A DNA stretch of 63,676 nt, filler included, from Octopus bimaculoides (Eukaryota), in the NCBI RefSeq assembly GCF_001194135.2. It is 10 parts of 9 records of this genome, joined end to end, with 100 filler letters (N's around TTAATTAATTAA, not from the genome) between each part and the next. Parts side by side here need not be neighbours in the genome. Positions count along the whole stretch, not along the records: positions 1 to 9,839 come from NC_068984.1; positions 9,940 to 19,323 come from NC_069002.1; 8 more parts are not named here. The stretch is one strand, 5' to 3'. The notes under the pieces were generated by a model that was not told where the DNA came from, did no database searches, and saw only the letters and a program-made list of their open reading frames with translations. Positions 1 through 9,982 of this stretch are shown one piece after another (the first letter of the stretch is position 1; every line of letters starts with the position of its first letter). Position numbers and translations under genes: made by a program.

Positions 1-16
1 ATATATATATATATAC

Positions 17-400
17 ATGGTGGCTGTCTACTCCTTATCCAGAGTTTGACCACCTCCTGTACCCACACACTAGCACCATCATGGCATCTGATGTGGCTTT
101 TTAAAGCAGACAATGTTCTGAAAAGACATTCACATAGATTGCACATCCAATCTGGAACACCAAGAGCTGTAGAAAAATTCTGAACTTTGTGGATCTTAAA
201 ATGTCTTTTCAGGCCACCGTTAGATTTGCAAACCTTCTAGCATAGTCGCTTCCTTTCTGCCTCTCTCAAACCCCATGTCTCTGCATCATATAACATTGTC
301 GGCACAATCACGCCCTCATACACACCTCTTTTTGCTTTCATATTCAACCTTTTATCTTTCTGCATACCTTACACAACGGAGGAAAGCTTTGGTGGTTAGA
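17..400 (-). mobile_element. Decayed RTE-clade LINE 3' fragments
   Basis: Minus-strand translation gives LNMKAKRGVYEGVIVPTMLYDAETWGLREAERKRL (about 245-370), an RTE-type post-RT motif. It also gives a terminal C2H2 finger CNLCECLFRTLSALKSHIRCH (81-143). Confidence 0.6.
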
Positions 401-1062
401 AGTGTTGGAGTGAGAAAGGCAAGAGAGTTTATAAATGATAGGAAAGCTTCCAAGAGTTTGTGGGCGGATGAGTGAATTGGTGTTACTCAAAGGAGTACGG
501 AAGCAGTATAATGAGGCGGGGGTAAACCGGAATATGCTTTTGGGCCCCACTGGGGGTTGCGTTCTATACCTTGACCTGAGCATAGGACGGGGCTCGCTGG
601 AAAATGCCTGTTGTGTGCTTTGTTGAGACTACCCCCTCCTAAAAAATGAGGAATAGGCCTGGGTATATATAAAAAAATATACATATTTGAAAACATTCAG
701 GCCACGACAGACAGAGAGGGTGTTTTGAAGCCGAGTACTTTAAACTTACGGAAACAATATTTATATATCATCTGAGGAAACAACTAAATCTCATAATGCA
801 GACAAACAGTTGCATAATCAAGTACCTGCACACCTAGAGAACTACGTTGCGTGGAAACTATTGTAGTGATTGAAAAATAAATGTGCAATCGTACCTTTCT
901 TGTTGACTCTAATTTTTTCAATTATCTATTCCCACACGACTGATGCCCAAACGCAAGTACGTATAGTACTACTACTGGATAGTACAGAATAAATCTGAAG
1001 GTGGACGAGCTTTATACTATACCCTATTACGTTTTTAACGGAATATACCATAACTATAACTA

Positions 1063-1095
<33 letters not shown>

Positions 1096-1565
1096 NNNNN
1101 NNNNNNNNNNNNNNNNNNNNNNNNNNNNNNNNNNNNNNNNNNNNNNNNNNNNNNNNNNNNNNNNNNNNNNNNNNNNNNNNNNNNNNNNNNNNNNNNNNNN
1201 NNNNNNNNNNNNNNNNNNNNNNNNNNNNNNNNNNNNNNNNNNNNNNNNNNNNNNNNNNNNNNNNNNNNNNNNNNNNNNNNNNNNNNNNNNNNNNNNNNNN
1301 NNNNNNNNNNNNNNNNNNNNNNNNNNNNNNNNNNNNNNNNNNNNNNNNNNNNNNNNNNNNNNNNNNNNNNNNNNNNNNNNNNNNNNNNNNNNNNNNNNNN
1401 NNNNNNNNNNNNNNNNNNNNNNNNNNNNNNNNNNNNNNNNNNNNNNNNNNNNNNNNNNNNNNNNNNNNNNNNNNNNNNNNNNNNNNNNNNNNNNNNNNNN
1501 NNNNNNNNNNNNNNNNNNNNNNNNNNNNNNNNNNNNNNNNNNNNNNNNNNNNNNNNNNNNNNNNN

Positions 1566-2437
1566 CGTCGAAACAAAACTAAGGAAGAAAACCAAAACTT
1601 TCAGATAGGGACCGTCGGACGCTTAACGCAACTTTTAGAAAGGCTCACAAAAGTACAGCTCCCAAAATTACTGCAGAGCTTAATGACCACGTTGAGAATC
1701 CAGTTTCCACAAAAACTGTTTGCCGGGAGCTTGCATAAAGCCGGATTTCACGGGAGGGGTGCAATCAGAAAACCACTACTTTCAAAAACAAACGTTGCAA
1801 AACGTTTAGAGTGGAGTAAAAACTTACAGAATTGGTCCCTAGAGCACTGGAAGAATGTTATTTTCTCGGACGAGTCATCCTTTACCTTATTTCCGACCAC
1901 CGGCCGAGTATACGTGTGGAGACAGCCAAGAGAAGCATTTGACCTAGACTGCCTTCTTCTAACTGTTAAACATGGGGGAGGATCTGTGATGATCTGGAAG
2001 GAGGGGGGATTTATCTTGGAAATCCGCTGGCCCAATGTTTTCTCTTGATAGCAGAATTAATAGTCAAGACTATTTAAGCATTTTATCTGATCAAATTCAC
2101 CCTATGGTTGCAGAACTGTTTCGTAGGGAAACGCAATCTTTCGGGATGATAATGCACTAATTCACACAGCTAAAGTTGTTACTGAATGGCACGAGGAACA
2201 TTCTAGTGAAGTTGAACATCTTATCTGGCCACCACAGTCCCCAGATCTCAATATTATTGAACATTTATTGTGCATTTTAGAAAAAACAAGTAAGGAGTCG
2301 ATATCCTCCACCATCATCACTATAAAAACTAGAGACTGTTTTAGCTGAAGAATGAACAAAATTCCTTTGGAAACAATTGAAACTTTGTACGAGTTCATAC
2401 TGCGTAGAATTCAAGCAGTAATTACTGCCAAAGGTGG
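1566..2437 (+). mobile_element. Tc1-family DNA transposon, frameshifted transposase fragment
   Basis: RKPLLSKTNVAKRLEW...WKNVIFSDES...VKHGGGSVMIW, then DDNA and WPPQSPDLNIIE in shifted frames, i.e. a DD34E-type catalytic domain. Bounded by N gaps. Confidence 0.9.
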
Positions 2438-3433
2438 NNNNNNNNNNNNNNNNNNNNNNNNNNNNNNNNNNNNNNNNNNNNNNNNNNNNNNNNNNNNNNN
2501 NNNNNNNNNNNNNNNNNNNNNNNNNNNNNNNNNNNNNNNNNNNNNNNNNNNNNNNNNNNNNNNNNNNNNNNNNNNNNNNNNNNNNNNNNNNNNNNNNNNN
2601 NNNNNNNNNNNNNNNNNNNNNNNNNNNNNNNNNNNNNNNNNNNNNNNNNNNNNNNNNNNNNNNNNNNNNNNNNNNNNNNNNNNNNNNNNNNNNNNNNNNN
2701 NNNNNNNNNNNNNNNNNNNNNNNNNNNNNNNNNNNNNNNNNNNNNNNNNNNNNNNNNNNNNNNNNNNNNNNNNNNNNNNNNNNNNNNNNNNNNNNNNNNN
2801 NNNNNNNNNNNNNNNNNNNNNNNNNNNNNNNNNNNNNNNNNNNNNNNNNNNNNNNNNNNNNNNNNNNNNNNNNNNNNNNNNNNNNNNNNNNNNNNNNNNN
2901 NNNNNNNNNNNNNNNNNNNNNNNNNNNNNNNNNNNNNNNNNNNNNNNNNNNNNNNNNNNNNNNNNNNNNNNNNNNNNNNNNNNNNNNNNNNNNNNNNNNN
3001 NNNNNNNNNNNNNNNNNNNNNNNNNNNNNNNNNNNNNNNNNNNNNNNNNNNNNNNNNNNNNNNNNNNNNNNNNNNNNNNNNNNNNNNNNNNNNNNNNNNN
3101 NNNNNNNNNNNNNNNNNNNNNNNNNNNNNNNNNNNNNNNNNNNNNNNNNNNNNNNNNNNNNNNNNNNNNNNNNNNNNNNNNNNNNNNNNNNNNNNNNNNN
3201 NNNNNNNNNNNNNNNNNNNNNNNNNNNNNNNNNNNNNNNNNNNNNNNNNNNNNNNNNNNNNNNNNNNNNNNNNNNNNNNNNNNNNNNNNNNNNNNNNNNN
3301 NNNNNNNNNNNNNNNNNNNNNNNNNNNNNNNNNNNNNNNNNNNNNNNNNNNNNNNNNNNNNNNNNNNNNNNNNNNNNNNNNNNNNNNNNNNNNNNNNNNN
3401 NNNNNNNNNNNNNNNNNNNNNNNNNNNNNNNNN

Positions 3434-3752
3434 GGGAAGTGCTGTTACACCCGCCGTACTCTCCTGATTTCGCACTAACGGATTTCCACCTCTTTCGATC
3501 TCTTTCAAATGCTATGCGCGCAGTTTCGTTCAATACTGATGTAGAATTGAGAGCTTACTTGGATGAATTTTTTGAGTCGAAATTGGGTGATTTCTACCAA
3601 CGAGGTATTGAAAATCTTGTTGAACGTTAGGAAGAAGTTGTAAACAACAAGGGTGAATACATTATTGATTAATTAGTTGTTATTTTTTATTAAACCCTTT
3701 AAATAATTTTAATTTAAAAAAAAACGGCGGCAACTTAGTTGCCAACCCAGTA
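3434..3752 (+). mobile_element. Mariner transposon 3' fragment with right TIR
   Basis: EVLLHPPYSPDFALTDFHLFRSLSN...FYQRGIENLVER*EEVVNNKGEYIID* matches the mariner YSPDLAP.D region. It is followed by a TIR-like AAAACGGCGGCAACTTAGTTGCCAACCCAG and TA. Confidence 0.88.
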
Positions 3753-4570
3753 TATATATATATAAGTCTGTGTGGGTGTGTGTGCGCGTGAGTGTGTGTG
3801 TGTGTGCGTGTGTGTGTGTGCGTATGTATCTGTTATATGTATAAACATATCTACACCTATATATAAATACTCATACATAGATATATATATGCATTCGCGC
3901 GTATATGCACACGCATACACACATATATTTAACAAAACATTCATAAGCTATGAGCACCTAAATTACTATATCGCTTACCAGAAGTATACAGTCATACACT
4001 CGCATATGGCGTAATGACAATGACTATTAAAGCAGACAACAGAGGAAGGACAAGTTTGACAAATATGGTGCTAATTCAATGCTTTACTGAAGAGTGATAG
4101 CGACAGGGAGAGAGCGCTAAAGAGAGTTTTAACGTTTCGGACATTTACTTTTCATTAGAGAAAAAGGAAGACAGACAGAAAGAGAAGTGTGAGAACGAGA
4201 AACAATCAATAAAACAAGGGCAGACTAAGAGTTAAACCCTAGTGGCGAGATAAAGAGTGAGTAGCAATAGAGGAGAAGCGATATGTGGAAGGAAAGAAAG
4301 GATATGGTGTGATTCAAATCTGTCGACCAAATCAAGGTATGCTGAAGAAGAATGTATGTGTGTATAAGTGTATGCTTGTATATGTGTGTAGTATAACATA
4401 TACACACACATACAGAAACACACATGTGTGTTTACACATGCATATGTATTCATACACATCACTAGATAAACTTGCATAGACCGCTTCCTGTGTTTTATAC
4501 TTGTTTGTTAATTAGTACTTGTTTGTTAATTCATATTTATTTGTTTGTTTTTATTTACGTTTGTTAATAG

Positions 4571-4695
4571 ATACAAGCGATGAAGAAAAACAAGCTGTAG
4601 TATTGTCAGCTCGTGTCCATCCTGGAGAATCACAGTCAAGCTGGATGATGAAAGGAGTTTTGTATTTTCTGACTAGTCCTCATGTGGCAGCACAG
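4571..4695 (+). CDS. AGBL2/3: Cytosolic carboxypeptidase (CCP2/3 type, M14 family) internal exon: (D)TSDEEKQAVVLSARVHPGESQSSWMMKGVLYFLTSPHVAAQ
   Basis: Acceptor ttgttaatAG at 4569-70 and donor CAG|GTAAGG at 4696. It contains the RVHPGES motif, the HxxE zinc-binding signature of CCPs. Ends in phase 0, matching the next exon. Confidence 0.93.
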
Positions 4696-5390
4696 GTAAG
4701 GTTCCGTAATGATATGGCTGAAACCTGCTATTCACTTACACATGCGCGCGCGCGCGGCAGTGGAAACTCCGTTGTTCTCGATCCCCGGTTCATATCCCTG
4801 CTCACTGCTATCGGAACAGAGATGGCTATCCACAAGTGCGAGCCCCGTGGCCATCTGCACAACGCTTTTTCCATTTTGTCCGCTGGAATCACGAGGCGGA
4901 CTGAATTACAGGAAGTCAGGAGAATGTAAGAATTTCGTAGCTTACTACGCGAGCAATAAATTTATACATATTCATAATATATAATTTTAGAACTCTTTAT
5001 TTTAAACAAATATTTTGAGTAATTATATATATAGATGATAGGTTATAGTATTTTTGACAGATGCTAGTGGTGCGTGGAGAAATCTATGGTTATTTATCAG
5101 GAAAGAGAATCCATTACATTTTTGAAGAAGAAATAATGTATTTATTGTTAATGCTGTCTCCAGATAAGATGGTTTTACTAGTCAAATATCTGTCTATTTA
5201 TAAATTAATAATATTTTGGCAGTGTAAAAGTCGGTCTGCGAGTAGGACAATAAGCAGTGCATATTACCAGGTTTATGCCATTTACAAATTAAAAGGCCTA
5301 GTTTTCGGTGACACGAGAATACTAATATTAAAGATGAATTGATATATAAACCAATATTCTCGTATATTTAACTGGTTTTGGTTTTTGCAG

Positions 5391-5579
5391 GAATTACGTA
5401 AGAAGTTCATCTTTAAAATAGTTCCCATGTTAAACCCAGATGGGGTTATAATCGGCAACTATCGGTGTTCATTAGTCGGACGTGATTTGAACAGGAATTT
5501 TCGGCACCCCATTAAAAGTAGTTGCCCCACGGTATGGTACCTGAAGTCTATGATCGAGGAACTCGGCCAAAATCACCAA
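5391..5579 (+). CDS. AGBL2/3: Cytosolic carboxypeptidase exon: [63 protein letters not shown]
   Basis: Acceptor gtttttgcAG at 5389-90 and donor CAA|GTAAGT at 5580. 189 bp, phase 0/0. Has the [16 protein letters not shown] and GRDLNR motifs of CCP/AGBL proteins. Confidence 0.95.
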
Positions 5580-5859
5580 GTAAGTATTTCTTCGCAATTG
5601 CAACAAACCCAAACCAAGTATTCCTTGCCCCAACCTAATAAATATTTTCCTAATTTAATAAATGACACAATTACACCGCGGTACGCGGCATGCCTAGTCC
5701 TTCAGGCAACTGATATTGACAGCAAATGGACCGTCTAACCCGCGGAACTTGTTCTCACCGCGGAAGCAGAAGAGCAACCGCTCCGTTTTGGTCGGCTATA
5801 AAGCGGGGAAAGACACGACGGTCAGATAATAATATATGACCGATGCAATGTAAGTATTC

Positions 5860-7234
5860 GCCGCCTCCACCCGGCCATTCAGAGGTTGTTTCCTCTCTGC
5901 TCATTTTTTGGGGAGACTAACCACCCTGCTTGTCATCTCTTCGCAGTTCTTGCCCACCTGGAGGTCTGGATCAGACCAACTCCCGAGCAGTTTATCCAAT
6001 CTGTTCGTACATCACTCCAGGTGCCGAGTTAACAGGCGCACTGACTTCTGATTAATTTTTCTCTCTTGATAATGCCTCTTATTCTCTGGGAGTAGTATCG
6101 ATCACCTTTGTGTGTTGTATCTCACGCTACTATGGTTTGTGATTTAGGCACAAGGCCTGTAATTTTTGAGAGGAAGTCGATACCATCGACTTTACCGTGT
6201 TTGCACACAAGTTGCAGCGTCCAGTCCTCTGTACTAGATAAGTACCTGCTCATTGCTATTGTGGAGGTCTTATAGCACAGTTCTACCTGCATCGTTCCTC
6301 TTCCCCCATTACTTCTAGGTAGGTACAAGAGATCAACATTTGCTTTTAGGTGGTGTATGTTCTTAGAAGTTAGTAGTCTGTCTCTTTGTCTTCCTGTCCA
6401 AGCGCGGGAGCTCTGTAAGATTTCAGCTAATGATGTTAAAACTATATTGGACTACTGGAAGTGGAAATCGCTTCGATGCGATTTTTGGAGTTGAGTTCAG
6501 TTTTTAGTATGAGTTTTATTCTCCTGTAATATTCCTTTCTTATTTTTTCCTTCATAGTAGCATGTTTTATACCATCTCCGTTTATCCCCAAGTATTTGTA
6601 ATTTACTTGCAGGTCAAGCTCCTCAATGGTAGTGTCGGTATCTAATTTAATGGAAGCTGTTTTCCTGAGCTTGCCTCTTACAAAAGTTGCTTTAGCACAT
6701 TTATCAAGGTCGAAGTCCATCCCGATGTCATTACTGAATTCTTCAACAGTTGTTAGCAGCCCTACAAGCTCTTCGGCATTTCTAGCAAACAGCTTCATTT
6801 CATCCATGTAGAACAGATGGTTTATTGTATTGTAAACTTTGAACCCATACCTGAGTAATTGACCTTTGCACCCATAAGAATTCCTTTTTGAGCTTGTGGA
6901 AGGATAGATCTCTGTTTAAAGAAAGTGTACATTCTGTCAGTTAATATGGATGTGAAGATCTTGTAAGTGGTGTTGAGACATGTTATTGGTCGGTAGTTCT
7001 TTGAATTTGTTGTGTATTCAGTTTTTGGTAGAAAGTATGTTGTTCCTCTGCTCAACCAGGCAGATATTTGCTCTGGGTTCTGGATGACATCAGACAGGGA
7101 TGCAGCTAAATTTTGGTGTACTTCTGCCAGACAATTTAGCCAGAAGTTAGGAATTCAGTCCAGTCCTCGAGTTTTCCATTTGTGAGTCATCCTACTTAGT
7201 TCTTCTACTTCTATTGCTTCCCGTTTCTGCCATG

Positions 7235-7235
<1 letters not shown>
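5860..7235 (-). mobile_element. R4/Dong-like non-LTR retrotransposon, disrupted RT region
   Basis: NYRPITCLNTTYKIF, FYMDEMKLFARN...LDKCAK...YKYLG and YLPRSNGGRG occur in RT order on the minus strand. The fragment abuts a (TAA)n array starting near 7235. Confidence 0.8.
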
Positions 7236-7272
<37 letters not shown>

Positions 7273-7292
<20 letters not shown>

Positions 7293-7517
7293 GACTAAAA
7301 CAATACCTATTGTCATAGGTGCCCTGGGAATGACAGCGAAACGGGCTGATAGTGCTCATGGGAACTGCCCATATCCTACGTAAAATACCGTCTATGTGAT
7401 CTCAAATTTTAAAACAAACACATAATTTTCTTATGGTTTCTTAAACATTCTCTAGAACAACACGATATACAAATCGAAATATATGGTACCCTAGGCATAA
7501 CACCTACATGAGCTTCT
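7273..7517 (+). mobile_element. 3' end fragment of a related R4/Dong-like element
   Basis: KTKTIPIVIGALG...VLMGTAHILRKIPSM* resembles the restriction-like endonuclease (REL) C-terminus of the copy at 7853. It follows the (TAA)n array. Confidence 0.6.
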
Positions 7518-7681
7518 NNNNNNNNNNNNNNNNNNNNNNNNNNNNNNNNNNNNNNNNNNNNNNNNNNNNNNNNNNNNNNNNNNNNNNNNNNNNNNNNNNN
7601 NNNNNNNNNNNNNNNNNTGTTGATAGATTTATCTCCGGGCATAGTGTATTTTTGTGTGTGTGTGTGGTGTTTTAAACTTAT

Positions 7682-7683
7682 GA

Positions 7684-7769
<86 letters not shown>

Positions 7770-7779
7770 NNNNNNNNNN

Positions 7780-7852
<73 letters not shown>
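7682..7852. repeat. (TAT)n microsatellite; other large simple repeats at 7235-7272, 8437-8500, 8699-8850 (TATC/TGTC), 56690-56800 and 57610-57730 (GT), 62920-63035 (GATA)
   Basis: Read directly from the sequence. Confidence 0.95.
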
Positions 7853-7855
<3 letters not shown>

Positions 7856-8432
7856 TAGTTTATTTTTATAGTGTACTTTCACTTCACTACTGAGCACAGC
7901 TCTGTTTGCCTTGGGTATGTGCTGTGGTTTGCTGTGATGCTCTTATGGTTACTGTATTGAAAGTATTTTGCGTAGGATGTGTGCAGTGCCCAGTAGTGCA
8001 ATTTTCTGTATGTTATATATATTTGTAAGTCCTGGTGTTTTTGTTATGTATTTGTCTGAATATTTTTTTATCATACCTAAGGCGCCTACTATGATAAGAA
8101 TTGTTTCTGTTTTTAGATTCCACACTCGAGTTATCTCTATTTTCAGGTCTTTGTATTTTGAAAGTTTCTCCATTTCTTTTAGGGAAACCTTATCATCTGC
8201 TGGTATTGATACGTCAATTAGAAAGCATTTCATCATGATCTCTGACAACTATATCTGGCCTATTGGCCTTAATTTCTCTATCTGTGTGTATTGGCATATC
8301 CCAGAGTATGGTTGCTTTCTCGTTTTCTGTGAGCTTTTCTGGCGTGTGCCTATACCATCTTTTTTCTGTTGTTATTCCATGGTGTTGGGATAGCTTCCAG
8401 TGTATGTAGGTCCCAGCTCTGTTGTGTCTATG
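7853..8432 (-). mobile_element. 5'-truncated R4/Dong-like retrotransposon (REL endonuclease C-terminus plus 3'UTR) inserted in a (TAA)n microsatellite
   Basis: ORF 7949-8248 reads CFLIDVSIPAD...EKLSKYKDLKIEITRVWNLKTETILIIVGALG...TAHILRKILSIQ, an REL-type endonuclease tail. (TAT)n arrays lie on both sides. Confidence 0.85.
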
Positions 8433-8436
8433 AATA

Positions 8437-8500
<64 letters not shown>

Positions 8501-8508
8501 GCGACCAG

Positions 8509-8658
8509 ATAATGCTTTATTGTGATTTACACGGCCATAGCAGGAAACACAATGTATTTATGTACGGAAACAACACGTGTGACAACGGGAATTCTGGAAT
8601 AGCAAGTGCCAAATCTTTTCTCAGTGACAGACTCTTTCCATGGATCACTGCATTACAG
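8509..8658 (+). CDS. AGBL2/3: Cytosolic carboxypeptidase exon: IMLYCDLHGHSRKHNVFMYGNNTCDNGNSGIASAKSFLSDRLFPWITALQ
   Basis: Acceptor gcgaccAG at 8507-08 and donor CAG|GTCTGT at 8659. 150 bp, phase 0/0. DLHGHSRKHNVFMYG carries the third zinc ligand and resembles CCP2/3 (DFHGHSRKNNIFLYG). Confidence 0.93.
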
Positions 8659-8696
8659 GTCTGTTTGATTTTTATTTATAAATACACAAACTTAAC

Positions 8697-8811
<115 letters not shown>

Positions 8812-9099
8812 GACTGCCTATCTGTCTGTCTGTCTGTCTGTCTCTCTCTATATATAATTTTAAGTATATAATAAAAATATAATTCGAATTAAGGGCGCTG
8901 GACTTCAAGACATAATTATATTTTAATTATAATTATAAACCATACAAGTAATTATAAACCATATATGTAACAATACAAACTATGCAATTATATAATAGTA
9001 AGGACACTAATGAGTAGCGCCATATGTTAGAAATAGATGCCAAATGACTTTAAGAACTACATTATTTACCACATTGGCACGGGCTGAAAGCGAGGAAAA

Positions 9100-9700
9100 T
9101 GAACAAAAGTGATTTTTTAAAACTGGTTTAACCATAGATCGATTTCTAGTTTACAGATGTAACTTCCTTCATCGTCTTCAGTATGGTACGACTCAAAGTA
9201 CATAATTATAAACATCTATACATGCCCATACGAATATAATGCATCTTCAAGCGCAAAATCTAATCCGCTCATCTCAGCCACGTGAAAATACGGCCAAAAA
9301 TAATTCCAGAGTAAATATACTGGTTGAAGTGGTTTATATTTATATTTATATTCTCACTGTCGCTACATCCATGGATGGAGTAGAGAGCGTCGTCTTTATA
9401 AAAACCGGCCGTGAGTTGGGTGAACTTATCATGCAAGTAGGCATTGTAGAATGTATATTTTCACGAGGTCTGTAAACTGGGAAGGGTCGCTAGACCCCAT
9501 AGGGTTGATGTCGAAGTTATTTACTGTGTCATTTCTAGTCCCAGCCTCTTATCGAACCTGATAACAGTTCGATGGGCTATAAGGATAGATCGGAGTTTTA
9601 TTTATTGCAAATATGATTTGTATCGCCCGTCATTTTATCGGAATTTCATGTCTAGTCTCGGTATGAAACGAACTGTATGTGATGCTTGATTAATAAATGT
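9100..9700 (-). mobile_element. Possible decayed Penelope-like element 3' end
   Basis: The hammerhead motif plus a stop-riddled stretch IYILQCLLA**VHPTHGRFL*RRRSLLH (about 9370-9460) that weakly resembles a GIY-YIG endonuclease motif. Confidence 0.4.
9132..9186 (-). ncRNA. Type I hammerhead-ribozyme-like motif of the Penelope-like element class
   Basis: Minus strand reads CCAUA-CUGAAGA-(28 nt)-GAAA-UCGAU-C-UAUGG. Stem I CCAUA/UAUGG pairs fully, the core CUGANGA/GAAA is intact, stem III is the palindrome AUCGAU and the cleavage triplet is AUC. Stem II is irregular. Confidence 0.6.
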
Positions 9701-9839
9701 TATTGGCCATGTATATGCCAGAGACTAACAAACTGCGTTTTACCACAGTCACTCTATTAATCCAACATTATTATATATATGTATATATTTGCATACATAC
9801 ATATATATATATGCATATGTCTGTATATATATATATATA

Positions 9840-9939
9840 NNNNNNNNNNNNNNNNNNNNNNNNNNNNNNNNNNNNNNNNNNNNTTAATTAATTAANNNNN
9901 NNNNNNNNNNNNNNNNNNNNNNNNNNNNNNNNNNNNNNN
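9840..9939. other. Artificial scaffold gap: 44 N + TTAATTAATTAA + 44 N; repeated at 19324, 29053, 32813, 39517, 55170, 59548, 61048 and 62557
   Basis: The same 100-base structure occurs nine times, and the 12-mer has stops in all six frames. Confidence 0.95.

Positions 9940-9982
<43 letters not shown>

Noticed and set aside
81-143. Perfect C2H2 zinc finger on the minus strand, suggesting a host ZNF gene
   Set aside because: It is a single finger adjacent to RTE ORF2 remnants, whose C-terminus commonly ends in such a finger. There is no finger array or linker.
926-3630. Long ORFs of 190-420 aa in the ORF track (also 37118-37780, 39827-40997, 49424-49901, 51898-52285)
   Set aside because: They consist mostly of X from N gaps; no real coding sequence except the flanking transposase scraps.
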